Shown one piece after another: positions 1 through 13,012 of a stretch of 64,000 nt of DNA (the first letter of the stretch is position 1; every line of letters begins with the position of its first letter). Made by a program: the position numbers and the translations under genes. The DNA is from Ruditapes philippinarum (taxonomy: Eukaryota): contig NW_026862067.1 in NCBI RefSeq assembly GCF_026571515.1, positions 62,001 to 126,000 on the forward strand. Reading direction: 5' to 3'. The notes under the pieces were generated by a model, which saw only the letters and a list, made by a program, of their open reading frames with translations, did not search any database and was not told where the DNA came from.

Positions 1-1571
1 TAAGGTTTACTCTATTTGCATAGAGGGCACAGTTATTCACATGACCCTCTCGACTCTTATTTTGAATTATCATTTTACACAAAGCTATTTCGTCAAACAA
101 CTTGTCTTTGTTATAGATTTACATTTCAATTATTCTATTCTATATAGTTTCATCAGCTGTAAAATGATCATGTTTACATTTAATAAATATAAATATAGAT
201 AATAATACAATATGGTTCACTTTGAAATTCATTTCAGTGAATTTTCATTTGTTATTGCACTGTGAATTTAGTTAAACACGCGAAATTTTGAATTCAATTG
301 TTAAATATACGCCCTAAAAATAATGTGTACAGTTATTTCAATTTCACAAAAGTATAGGATAAGCATAATGGCAAAACAAATCAATAAGACTAAAGTTTAA
401 ATTTCTAGTATAATTGCTTGTTTAACAGGTAATATAATAATAATGAATTCCCTTTTAAGCAGTATAGCTTTTTTTGGCACTTGAGTAAATAACCTAGCAT
501 ATAATTTCTCATGCATACAATGGCAGTTTTTGTTAAACATATATAAAATCGACAAATACTATCAAATGAATATGTATTTTATCTTATCTAAAAGAAATAA
601 ACTCTCCATTCATTCCGATTTGCGCAACAAAACGTGCAAAACACCGATGAACACAAATATTAAAAAGTTATTTCAACAAAACAAACATCACGCCATACGT
701 TGACAAGAAATTTAAGTCAATGTATTAAATACAATCATAAAAAATTAAAGTTTGAAAGAGAATAAACCTTCTAGAATCCATAGCTAGAATTCCAATACCC
801 GAGCGTGTTAAATTCACAATTCAACTACTCTATTTGGCACTGCGTACACAAAAAATTTAATAACTTGTGATCGACTTTTAGCCGTTTAAATTTAATAAGG
901 TTTTTAACAAACAAATAGCTAAAGCTCTGTTTAACCCAGAATTGAACCGCTGATCTATATTGTGTAAAACTATCTTGATTGGGCGAAAAGTGGAAATAGT
1001 GCAATAAAAGAGTTTAAGTTAGTGAACCACTCTTTGTTGGGTGAATACATATAATTATTCCATATAGCATGTAACAGCAAGCTTTCATTCCGCATATCAT
1101 CTAATATTGTATAATCAAGTATTTAATATTGCAAAAATACCCAAGAGAATTCTTGTAACATTTTATATGAAATGGCAAAACGAATAAAGTGCTGTGCTCA
1201 CAAATATACAAACAGAAAACAACAGTACTAAGCAACAAATCAGCTGATTTGGATTTCGAAATGTTATTGCCCGTAACATTCTTTTAAATAATCTAATAAT
1301 GCATTTGAAATATTACAATTATAATGATAACCATGTATTTTCTTATTTCTTACTGTATTGGGTGAAGTTAATGCAAACCTAAATGATCATAGAACATTAT
1401 CAAGGACTTAAGATATTGCATAAATGTGTTTATCTGGCATCAGAAATTCCGAAATCTTCATCCGAAAAAAGTTGCAACCATAATAATTGGTGCCTGATAA
1501 TGATACAAATTTGAGAATTGCAAGTGTAAAGAAGTGCATCCAGTTGTTCAGATGTGTATTATAGACAATAC

Positions 1572-1625
1572 CGATCAGTATAAGAAAATGGGTAACCCAG
1601 GTAATCGACGGCTAACGCATCAAAA
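1572..1625 (-). CDS. SPEF1: Candidate 54-nt internal or terminal exon of SPEF1-like gene
   Basis: Strong acceptor ttttattgttttcctatttcag|; FDALAVDYLGYPFSYTDR; donor CG|gtattg, or read-through to TAA at 1559-1561. Confidence 0.55.
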
Positions 1626-1836
1626 CTGAAATAGGAAAACAATAAAAGCGAATTTTGAAATATCAAATTGAATTACTTAAATTGTATTGGGACCATCTAA
1701 CATTGTCGTGCATGTATTTCTAAACAAACGTATAAGGCAGGGATACAAACATAATTAACATATACGTGTGTAACATTTGCGATGACACGTGAAAATGGAG
1801 CACGGTAGGTTTGGGAATCAACACGCACGATCTTAC

Positions 1837-1896
1837 CGTGCATCTATACTTTGACGGTTTTCTGAATTTCTCGCAGTATCTGATTTTATATCTCTT
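1837..1896 (-). CDS. SPEF1: Candidate 60-nt cassette exon of SPEF1-like gene
   Basis: ttttcatactgaag| acceptor (NAGNAG) and |gtaaga donor; phase 2-2; open, RDIKSDTARNSENRQSIDA. Confidence 0.5.
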
Positions 1897-2488
1897 CTTC
1901 AGTATGAAAATAAATAGTCATAGAAAAAAACAACAGACAACCACAGGCTTAAGTCTTTTTCAGAAATGTATGATATGAAACTTGTAATTAAAAGGTAACT
2001 TAAGTTCAATGTTAAGTTATTAGGCATTGTTTAATACATAAGCAGTAAAAGCAAAAATTTGATGAAAAAAAAACAACCTTTTCAGTATTAACTAAAGACA
2101 GAATTGACATGCTCTATTACATAAACAAAAACCAACAAGACATAATTATACTTCAAGATGCATTTGTTAAGAATTATTTTACATTTTCAGATTATAAAAC
2201 TCAACAAAACGATACCAAAACGTGTCTCAAGCAGTGAAACTAAAGTCAATATGGATAATTTGAAAGAATATACATTAACATTGTTATAAAACAAGCTGGT
2301 TTGCTTCGAAAAGACTGTCTTGATATTTTCATATAAATGCTTTCATTTGTTACGTTAGTTTTATAGCTTTGAGTACACTTTTTGTTTTATATCTTTATTA
2401 AAACACGTGTTTTATCGCCATGGAATTGTTTCCAGAAGGACAGAATTCCAGCTGGAAAATATACCAGGCGGTGCTACCAAGGTCTCAC

Positions 2489-2542
2489 CTTTGCCATCGA
2501 GGGTCATAGAATGCCAAATCTCGTTTACTCAAATGTGAGATT
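2489..2542 (-). CDS. SPEF1: Candidate 54-nt internal or terminal exon of SPEF1-like gene
   Basis: Long pyrimidine tract ending gtaag|; ISHLSKRDLAFYDPRWQ; ends AG|GTGAG, where read-through gives AGG TGA (stop at 2485-2487). Confidence 0.6.
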
Positions 2543-2796
2543 CTTACAGATAAAAAAGGAAAAGTAGAAACAATAAAAATCATTGTTACAATCACATTAA
2601 AGAGAGAATTGTTTCTAGAAAACATAAAAAACCTTTCTAACTAATTACGATTGGCACGTGATGAAATAATTTTGATCTAAATTGCATTTGATTTAAAGCC
2701 GGTTAAAACTATTTAATCTAAGAATATTGCATCCAAAATAAAATATCAAGACGAAAAAATACTACGATTGGAATTTAAATTTTAGAAAACCCTTAC

Positions 2797-2826
2797 CAAT
2801 CGTCTGACCCTTGCTGGATGTACCGG
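2797..2826 (-). CDS. SPEF1: Candidate 30-nt cassette exon of SPEF1-like gene
   Basis: tttttgag| acceptor (uncommon GAG) and strong |gtaagg donor; phase 2-2; RYIQQGSDD. Confidence 0.4.
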
Positions 2827-3883
2827 CTCAAAAATTACAAGAAATTCAAAATTAGATAAATCACTACGTTAAGAAAGTTCCGTGTCAAGAATTGTGAACA
2901 AAATCGGATTATAACGGAGTGATTTACATTGTTATTTTTACCAAAGTAATTCAGATTGTTAATCTAGGACACGTGACGTTATTACTAGAAGTGAGGCAAT
3001 GTGTACAGTGGCTCATAAGTAAGTGAAATACTGTTCGATAATTTTGATAACTCTTAAACTATCATCCAGTACAAAAATAATAATAAAAAAACTTGTATTC
3101 GTTTACGATTCATAATGAAAAGCATTTTCTTCTAACACGTTTGAAATCTAATTTAAGAAGCTTCTATTGAAAAATTAAGACAAACATTATCACAAAATGC
3201 AGTCATTTCTAAAACAGAAATTACAAATCGTAGTACTTTTGAATAAAAAAGAAACTTTGTTAAATAATAATGAACAGAAAGACACCGTGACGTTAGTAAG
3301 TTAAATAAGTACTTTTAATATGCTTTGGATTTTATCTGAAGACTCACTGAAATTTGCTGCAATCAGTAGATAATTGTTTGTTAAACGAGAGACAGATTTA
3401 GTATATGGTTGTTGTTGAACACAACACAATGAAGAACTCTGTTCATTAACTTCTACTTAAGTTAGACACCAGACATGTGCGTATGACATTTCTTATTTTA
3501 TGTATACACATGAAAATAAAATGCAATGTTAAAGAACAAAAATAGTTTCTCCATTGTTTGTTTGGCTTCAAATGACCAAGCAAGTTTTTTTTATCCAGCA
3601 ATAAGTACATGGGCAGGCCTAAATGTTACTTGACGTTCTTCTATCCTCTTATATAAATACATGAAGACACTATGCTTAAACGTAATATTAAGGGTTCATC
3701 CCAAAACAAGACTTTATGTTTACAGAAAAGGATGCAAATATGATGTTTCTATATCTAAATAATATACAAAACAAGTATGTGTAATAGAAACAACTAGAAT
3801 TACGCTAGCAAGACGAGTTTATATGTAAACTATGAGAATTTATTAAAAGCTGTATAACCACCTCGAAGCTACGCTAGACTTAC

Positions 3884-3922
3884 GGGTAATATGCAATACT
3901 TCGGTGTGATAGAAGATTAAAT
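3884..3922 (-). CDS. SPEF1: Candidate 39-nt cassette exon of SPEF1-like gene
   Basis: aatttcag| and |gtaagt sites; phase 2-2; open, FNLLSHRSIAYYP. Confidence 0.55.
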
Positions 3923-4727
3923 CTGAAATTTGTTTTGGAAATACATATCAAATATTAATTTTGTAAACGAGGAAATATTTTTGTCAACGCTTAAATAACA
4001 GATCTCATGTAATTCAAACGCGTTGTATGTTTTATTCATGGTAAAATGAAGCTATACAGCTTTTAATTTCATAAATTTGTTGTTTTTGTCTGACAGTCAG
4101 AACCTTATACATGTATATGTGTTATAAAGCTTTGAATAAATGCGTACGTATTTATTTTAGCAAAAATATATACACGCAAGTATATCAGTATTAACAATAT
4201 TTCACGAAGAATTAACTATCAAAAAGGATAAATGGAAATAATACAATATGTGGTAGATTATCAATAAAAAGTTATGCTTCTTTAATTTAAAAGAAAACGT
4301 TTACATAATAAAACATTTCTACTTGAGTATTTCCAAGATAAGAAAGACACTGAGTCTAAGACAGTTACTACCGTTCGAGGATGTATAACATTCAATAAAA
4401 ATAACTAGCATCACAAAAGTGTTATATTTACAGTTAATGGTATTTTGAAATATCTAATGCAAAAGAACGTGGTTTGCCATAGTCTTTTCCCTACAATTTG
4501 TTCATACATAAATCATACTTTTGTTCGATTTTAGGGATTTTCACATCCAGACTGAGTATTCAATCACCATTCATGGGCTTTCTTTAACGTTCTTTTTTGG
4601 TCCCCATTTGATAATAATAAAAATATCTTGCTGTCCATATACAAAACAAAACTCTAGATGATCTTAGTCGGTTATTTGATACAGGTATGTTCTATCAGTA
4701 ATAATTGTTATCTAATAATACATTTAC

Positions 4728-4736
4728 CCGTGTCCT
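4728..4736 (-). CDS. SPEF1: Candidate 9-nt microexon of SPEF1-like gene
   Basis: tttatttctag|AGGACACGG|gtaaat, after a 78-bp intron following exon 4; phase 2-2, open. Confidence 0.35.
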
Positions 4737-4814
4737 CTAGAAATAAACACATCATAATATATATAATAATTATATATATATATAACATTATTGTAACATT
4801 AATCAAATACTTAC

Positions 4815-4959
4815 GTTCTGTCTGGATGTCCATGTGGGATCTCACCCTTGTTATATTTGCGTGGTGAGGCACCTCCCTCAGATTTTGTTAGCCTATTTGG
4901 TGACATTGACCTGTTTGATGTGTCTCCACCCCTTGGGGACTTGATTCCTGGTGGGGTAT
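4815..4959 (-). CDS. SPEF1: SPEF1-like coding exon 4 (low-complexity linker)
   Basis: attcag| acceptor and |gtaagt donor; GC-richer island; open in the required phase: TPPGIKSPRGGDTSNRSMSPNRLTKSEGGASPRKYNKGEIPHGHPDR. Confidence 0.8.
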
Positions 4960-7900
4960 CTGAATATAGTATTAAAATAACGTAAAAGCCGATTATAAAG
5001 GAAGACCTATCATAGCAATAGCATAAGCGCTACTAGATTTTTTTTTCTTAGCGCATATACCATATCAAATAAGCTAAAAGCAGTAACTGCTTGGTCATTC
5101 TGTGATGATGAAACCAACAAAAGCCGTATTTGAAAAACATACACTAGATCATTATTTGATGGTACAAAAACGTCAGCAAAATTGTCCAGCAACAAAATTT
5201 ATGTTATATAGATCAATCAATCAATCTTGAAACTTTTATCACCAAATAAAATTCATTTTATAAAATAGATACATTTATCAAGTAAAAGTATGTGACATTA
5301 AAATCTTGAGTAAATATGAATGTGTGAAAGCGTGCATTTTCTCAAAACATGTGAACAAATACAGGTGTCATTATATTACTATCATTATCAGAAAAACCAC
5401 GTGTAACTGGCAACACGTGTTAAATGAATCAAAACACAATGCTAATGAAAGTAAACACTTATTTTAGTAAAAATCAAACCAAAACAAATCATGTTAATTA
5501 TCTTAAGTAATTCAAAACATGTAGTTTTGCATTACAAGTTTCAACCTAAATACATTACAACCAATCAAAGTTGATTACTAATACACTTATAGTAAAATGT
5601 GTCTCACAGATCAGACAAGTCGATTGGTTATATTCTTATAATATTAAAAATCAAATAAAACCATTTGGTTATATCTTAATAAAATCTACAATCCAGTAAA
5701 GTCGTTTGGTTATAATTTAATGCAATCCACATATATATGTTCTAAGTATTAGCAGAGTGAGTCTTATGTAAAACGACACTTAGTGAGTGAACAAGCAATC
5801 TAAACATAACATTTTATAAAAGTTACTATATTTATCATCATTGAAATTCAATTTAAATTCTAACTAAGCATCAATAATCATTTTATGAATATATCAAATG
5901 CTAGCTTTGACAATACTACGTTTTTGTTGAGTATTAGGTGGTAAGTTACACAGACACTATAAAGGTTATATTGTGGCTTTACAACTTTAACTGTGGGGGT
6001 AAATCTAAGGAACCCCTCTGTGCGTTATTCAGGTACGAGCGAGTACAAGATATGACAACCAGATCTTCCGTTAACTAGCTGGATAGCTCCATAACATGGG
6101 AAGAATTGAAAATTCCTGATGGTACTCAACACGCAGATGAGGACAGGTAATTATAAGTATGCGATCATAATCTCTGGGTCAGACAGAGACCTCAATCAAT
6201 GGAAAATGAAATAATAAAACTATTAACACATGCATAGTACTACTGGTATATATGAACTCGATCATTCGATCACTATGGTCGGCTTTCTAACAAGAGTATC
6301 CCGTCATTCGTGACGTCATTCTATATGATGGAGAAACCATGCAAAACTACTAAACTGCTTTATACAAAGTGACGATATATCACTCCATTATAATGATGAG
6401 TGCTACTGAAGCAATAAATCTAAATTACTTTTTCTTGTTAAAAGTGACATTTTTAATGAAGTACATTATTTGATATTTAGAAATTATAAGAATAGTAATG
6501 TGTTTTTCTATTGTGAACTTTCTACATCTAAACGCTAATTGTTTCTGAAAACAGCATTCTTATTATATTAATACACAACAATACAGAAGTATATAAACCA
6601 TATTGCATTAATGTTTATAATATGATACGTTCGAGTGCGCATGCGTGGTTGCAAAAAGCAGTTGAATGTAGCAACACTGAATTCTAGAACACTAACCCAT
6701 AGCACCTTGATACACACTTAAAACACGCTGAAAATATCAACAATTTGTCAATATTTGAATTACCTGACATATTAACATGAAACACTGCAATTACATTGAA
6801 CTGTATCAATAAATATAACACACAAACTTATTTATAAACTTCCTATTTTTGTTTTTTATTTAGCAAAATTGTTTAAAGAAGCCATTTTAAAGTCTAAGAT
6901 TTCATAATCTTTTTAAATATATTTGTATTTGACTATGTATTTTGCTATTATTTACTTAACAAAAGTAGATATAAACATATTTGTAACATTTAAACTTTAT
7001 CAATAAGAAATAAACTATTGAACAATGCAAACTGTTTGACTTGTTGCTTGGTGGCCGCAGAAAAGAGAAACTATTATTACCATTGTCTCCAATACACTAC
7101 AACATCTCACCCTTAATTCGAGTTTCAACAAAATTGCAATCATACCTCTTTTAATACAGGCAAGTCATGCCCTAAATATGACTATTGAATAAATTTTGCA
7201 TTGTATGATTTTATTTGCCTTATCTTATCTAACTTATCAAAAGCGGTACCTTTCTCTATTCTGTTTTATTGAATTGTCATTGTTTAAAGTTTATTGGTTT
7301 GCCTCGCGTTGTCTATGTATTTCTGTGTACTAACAGCATAGCCATACATACATTGTCATCCAGTACATGTAAGTGTAATGTCTGGGTGTTAATTTTTAAC
7401 ATAGACATATTTTGTTCATGTCGTAACCTCAAAATTATTACTTACTTATCTTTCATTCAACGTAGTTCTACCTGTTTCTTTCCATTCATAATAGTTCGTC
7501 CGACACGAGGACACAATTTTAAATAAACATAGTAAGAGAGAAAGTACGAAATTCAAATACAATGTACTAGTTTTAATACTTCTATTTTATATATGACCAT
7601 ATTAATGCCTAACAACATGCTATATTAATGTGTTTTTCTTTTCTATATCATTTATTTAGTTAACTCATTTTCACCTCTGTTGGTTCTTTTAACGATATCG
7701 TCTTTGATCTTAGAAAATCAATTCCTTAAGTGGGTAACCCTAATCCATATTCTATTCTTATTCATACGTATTGGATCGTAGTTCTTAATGCAATCCGCAA
7801 CATGTCTTTTTGCAATGACGTCAACAATCTTGATTTTCAAACTCTCATTAATTATATATAAGATGTATGTTAGTTATTTATAGTTCATTACCAAAGCAAA

Positions 7901-8041
7901 CCTTTAAAGCTAGAGAGAAAAACTGTTTTAACATTGATTTGCATAATAAACTAGATTAAGAAACTCGTGAAACATTTGTATGTGAACAAACAAAGGAACT
8001 GTGAAAAAAAACGTAAATGGTAAAAAAGGCTACAGCCTTAC

Positions 8042-8050
8042 CGAGTCTGC
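8042..8050 (-). CDS. SPEF1: Candidate 9-nt microexon of SPEF1-like gene
   Basis: ttgctttag|GCAGACTCG|gtaagg; frame-preserving (phase 1-1), changes HP-N-TPP to HP-SRLD-TPP. Confidence 0.5.
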
Positions 8051-9352
8051 CTAAAGCAAAGTTAAACAACTATTACTCAAACAGAACGACAGAAGAAACA
8101 CACTATGTACAGACACATGAACACTTAATGTATTATTAACTGTATCGAAAAACAAACCTTTTAGAATTTTACACCCTATTCCACTCGGCAAAAATGTAAA
8201 ATTACTTCTAGTCCTCGGCTTATCATACTTCATTTTCAATATAAAGCACCGTTAATCACTCTTTTAATTAAGCTGTTTAAACGTACCACAATGTCACTAA
8301 GTCAAAAATGTGTGAGCCAAAATAAGTTAACTCCTATAACATTACATGTATAACTACCATAATCTTACATATAACTTTTATGATAATCCCTAACAACTAT
8401 GATAGACCCAATTCCTCCAAATTGTACGATAATTTGCAACGTATATTTTGGGATTACTTTTACATTTCTTTTATCCACTTATCTTTTCCCCTACGATTGA
8501 TATCAATGCGACAAAGTGTTTATCTTCGGCAGATTAAATGTTCAAATATACCTATGCTATTTAAAACTTCAGTGATTAATTAAAGAATAAACCATTCTAG
8601 TACAAGTAGGAGCAATTCCATATCCAAGGACAAATACAAATTTAAGCCAAACTTAGTGTAGAACAAAACAAACAGGACTAATTCTTGTCGTGACATTTAT
8701 AGAATTGCTGGAGAATGCTTGTACAGTACTACACCTTTCATGTTGATTTAATAACAGTAACACTGCCTTGTCATCGGTTATTAGAATCAATGAAACATAA
8801 CAAAATAAAATGTCCATATTATGTTTAAAGATTTTTAACATTTAAAAATAAAGGTTATAGAATATAAAGGGCTGCTATATACTATCAGATAAATATTATT
8901 ATCAACTGTTGTCTTTGACTTACAACAACAACTTTTACGCCCTAATATGAAGGTCCGTACAAAGAGCCATGTAGATGACGCATTTGTGAATTTCAATCAA
9001 AATTGCGATGTATTTTAAATTATATTTTAGATTCGCTAAATTCATAAAATTTAACGAGTTTTATTGTTAAACACTATCTAATTCACGCATTTAAAATTCC
9101 TGAATATTTCTTACTCATTGAGTTTTACGCTTGTTTGTGGACATACTGATATATTGTAAATTTGTTTTACATCATGTTTAAAATAACTTCTTCAACATAA
9201 GCGAAGAAATTGTCAATTTATCACAAAACTTATCAGATTTTTTTTATAAATATGTCATGTTATCAGCAATTTCCAAAAACATTTGAAACGTATAAACTAT
9301 TCTACAAAAGTAATGGAATAGTTTTATAAATTACTGTAAAACATATCAATTC

Positions 9353-9560
9353 TTAACCTCTAGCCTGTTGGAAATGAAAATGTTTAGCCTTCGCCACCAG
9401 AATAGAGCCAGACCTGCCTGTATGTCCATGCAGTCTGACCAGGCTTTTTCTATTCCCTGACTAACCTTTATTTCTATATTGGTATGCCAAAAATATTGAT
9501 AATGGACAGTCCTAAATGAGGGAGCTTGAATAGCCCGTTTGAGAAATACAGCAGATAATT
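9353..9560. mobile_element. Decayed piggyBac-like MITE
   Basis: Begins TTAA-CCTCTAGCCTG; carries a cagtctgaccagg core like the palindromic MITEs at 28-29 kb; right end eroded. Confidence 0.35.
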
Positions 9561-9800
9561 TCTAGTAAACAATTGGCTTTACCATTAGCATATACCGTCA
9601 GTATGATATCAGGTTAGTCGGACAGATCCCTTCTTATCAATAAACTGTTATTAAAACGACATTGGACAATTCAATTATTTTTGTTTCCGTTGTGCAATAT
9701 TGTTAATAAAACCGTATCGCATTTTGATCAAAATTCGTTAATTTCAACATCTACACGAGATCTCCGTGTACTGACAATGCTAGTTTCGTGTATCACTTAC

Positions 9801-10027
9801 TAGGGTGAGACGGTGGTGTATTGAGATGAAGCCTTAACACTGGGTCAGGATTTTGGTAATATAGTTCTCGCCGGCGCCAGTGGGAATCCCTACCTGTTTT
9901 CTCAAGAAACTTATCTATCTGGAGCCGTAACAACATAAGCACTCTTTCTATCACCTTAGGTTTACAGTTTGCAAGTGCCCGTAGAACATCATCAGATAAA
10001 TCCAGTTCCAATCGTCTGAAGACACGT
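9801..10027 (-). CDS. SPEF1: SPEF1-like coding exon 3
   Basis: tttcag| acceptor and |gtaagt donor; RRVFRRLELDLSDDVLRALANCKPKVIERVLMLLRLQI completes the CH domain; phases 2 to 1 match the neighbouring exons. Confidence 0.9.
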
Positions 10028-10424
10028 CTGAAAATAAGACAAAATCAAATAATTACTCCATTTGCTTCTAATCTATCTTTTTCTTTCGTTTTTCTTTCCT
10101 GGCAAATGATGTCCATTAATAAAATGAAAAATTATTTGTCTGATGATCCGAATTTAAATTTGATGTACTTAAAACTACTGCAGACCATCTTGACAGAAGA
10201 ATGTGTCTATTTTCATATATTTTCATAGATTTATTGCAAAACGTTACCAAAATTAAAGAAACATCTCTGTTTAATGGAAGTTTCTACAATACATAAGTGA
10301 TTGTCAAACATTTTTTTTAAATACACGTATATCTCATTCAACTTGTTATAACAGCACTTTGTTCGAAACTTATTGAAGGTATACATGTAATTACGTGTTT
10401 CTTCTATCGTGTAATGATGCTCAC

Positions 10425-10536
10425 CTATTAAGAAGGTACCAGTTTTCTAAGCGTTGTTTTGTCGATGCTGCTGGTGTGTAATTGTGAACATCTACCATTC
10501 TAGGAAAATAATGTTTTACAATTTCTGCAGCCAGAA
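10425..10536 (-). CDS. SPEF1: SPEF1-like coding exon 2
   Basis: ttttcag| acceptor and |gtgagc donor; phase-matched translation VLAAEIVKHYFPRMVDVHNYTPAASTKQRLENWYLLN is the conserved SPEF1 CH core. Confidence 0.92.
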
Positions 10537-12879
10537 CTGAAAAATAAAAAGTAGCATAAAATATATTGTACCAGTTTATCATATGGTGAACTATACGGCG
10601 AAAATTATGCGCACCATCTAATAGGGCTTACATGATGAAATTGATGATATATTAAGGATGAAAACGGAACTTTTCAAAGCGGATAAAAATACATGTATAA
10701 AAGGGATGAAAGGAGACAACTCCTCGTGAGATGTTTCTCCATATTCAGGTGGTTCTCTATATGATGCCGGACATGGTTTTCACTTTTGGCTTATTAAACA
10801 TTTACTAGGTTTTCTATTCAAAAGGATCCCATATTAGGTTTGACATACCTTGTCATAGCTCCTTTAGAAATGTATTGGTGTTGACATTACACTTATAAAG
10901 TTTCTAGATAGCCATCCCTTAAAATGCATTGTTTCGAAAAGTCTTAAGGTATGTTTGCTTACATGTTCGGGAAACCGAATATTTATGTTGCACACAGTCA
11001 TTGCCAATGATTCTGATGTTTATCCTGGTCATATCGGCGCACATTTGATTTGTAACCACATGAACAGTGGTCTCACTTTTAGGTGGGGGGGGGGGGGGGC
11101 GATATTTCAAAGGGTAGGACAGTGACCCTTAAGTTTTAAATGTCGTTTAATTATCATTTCCTTAAATAATGCAATGTTTAAGAAAACAATGTTCTAGTTA
11201 AGCTTAAGCTTACAATTGAAAGACAATGTAAGACACGACCAACATTGTAGAGGCCCATCCACGTTCCTGTTTTGACATGTTCGGTATATCAAATGTTTTC
11301 CTGATTAGATATTCCATACAGATTGATTTTAAATTTATCCTCACATTTGATGTAAACATCATTTCCGGATGCTGTACGTGACTGAAATTTGATTACGTAT
11401 AATGGGTGATTGTTATACAATAACTTAATTTTGATATGTAGGTGTGATACATATAATTTTCAGAACAATATGTAAGAAAATATAGATTTATATTGCTAAG
11501 ACTTTCCTAAACAATGCATTTTAAGAGGCAACTTATTAGAAATTGGGTTAAGTGAATTTGTCTTGATCGTCACTTGTATTTACACAATAATCGTTACACC
11601 ATAGTTCACGCATAAAAAACAAGTGTACTGTAGCCTATGTAGCAACAATAAGCAGCATAAAAAGAAAATCCCGCCAATAAATTAATGTAATATATATCAA
11701 TATGTTATAACGTTATTGAGGTGTTAAATTAAATCGACTTGAAATTTGTCTAGTAATTCAAGATCGTTATTATTTGTGCCTTAATTAATGTCATAGCAAC
11801 CCTGTTATTTATCTTAAAGTCTTTGTGGAGATATAACCGCCGAAACCTTCCAAATTAAATATTTTATATGACAGGAGTGTTAAGCGTGGCCGTGAACTAC
11901 TGAAAAGAATGTCATTTATAAAAGTATCAATTCAAGATCTATTCCTTTAGAAAGTTTGAAAAGAATAAAAAGTAAATGTTTTTCGATGTTGTACGAGACG
12001 CGATTAAAATGTATATGCGGTTGTTAAAAAGCATAATAGGATATTTTATCAATATTTATAAATGTCCTTTGGGAATTAACAGTTGTAAGATTGTACAAAA
12101 GGTTTTAGTCAAGATATTTACCCCCAAGTTTACACATAATATATTTTTATGAATTCTACTTGTTGCATTTTAAAGAGTGAAAGAATAGTCATAGAAACAA
12201 CTGTATATCGGTATGTTGTCCGTTGACAAGACCCTTGTAAATCAATGCACCACAAAAAATTAAAACTCATGAAATTGAAAAAGACAACTGTTTCACTGTT
12301 AAAACATATGCTTTATAAATCTATCGTTTCAAAAGAGAGTTTTATTTATTTAGACAAAGATCGAAAACCTACAAATTAATAACGACTAATATAGGGTTAC
12401 AAATGAAAGCTAATACATATACTCGTGGCTAGATCAAATATTAAATTCAATATCAATGTTTATATAAACGATCGATTAGGGAAAAAGGACGCGGTTTGAG
12501 AGTGGGAGCATTAATTAAGCGGATCGGGCTACTGTTTGCTGTCAGGTATATAACTTAAACAAGGCCATGTTTAAGATATAGACTCTACCCCCTGCAGCAA
12601 TTTAGCATGTCTTGTCCCACAAATTAACGGGTATTTTTTAAAAAAAATCTAATATTTCTTCTTTCTAATACTACACGGAAGCGTATTCAATTTAATAAGT
12701 TTATTAATTTCAAAGAATAAATATGTAAAGTACAAATTTTCTTGTCTTTGTGAACAGCAGGGCGTTAATTAAAATATTGTTTATATTTCAGTAGGGTTAC
12801 CAGTAAAACCAGTATATCTTAATTAATTAGTTTATTCTATTATAATGCACTGTACTGTCATGTCATAACAGAACAAAAC

Positions 12880-13012
12880 NNNNNNNNNNNNNNNNNNNNN
12901 NNNNNNNNNNNNNNNNNNNNNNNNNNNNNNNNNNNNNNNNNNNNNNNNNNNNNNNNNNNNNNNNNNNNNNNNNNNNNNNNNNNNNNNNNNNNNNNNNNNN
13001 NNNNNNNNNNNN
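12880..13012. other. Assembly gap (N run) in SPEF1 intron 1
   Basis: Run of n characters. Confidence 0.99.

Noticed and set aside
4568-4630. Further symmetric open exon candidates: 63 nt here, 21 nt at 6764-6784 and 51 nt at 1141-1191
   Set aside because: Weak donor or acceptor and intron-like composition; expected by chance in AT-rich DNA, so not called without RNA data.
5618-5730. Three TTGGTTATA motifs spaced ~41 bp apart in a SPEF1 intron
   Set aside because: Most simply an old degenerate minisatellite; no evidence of function.
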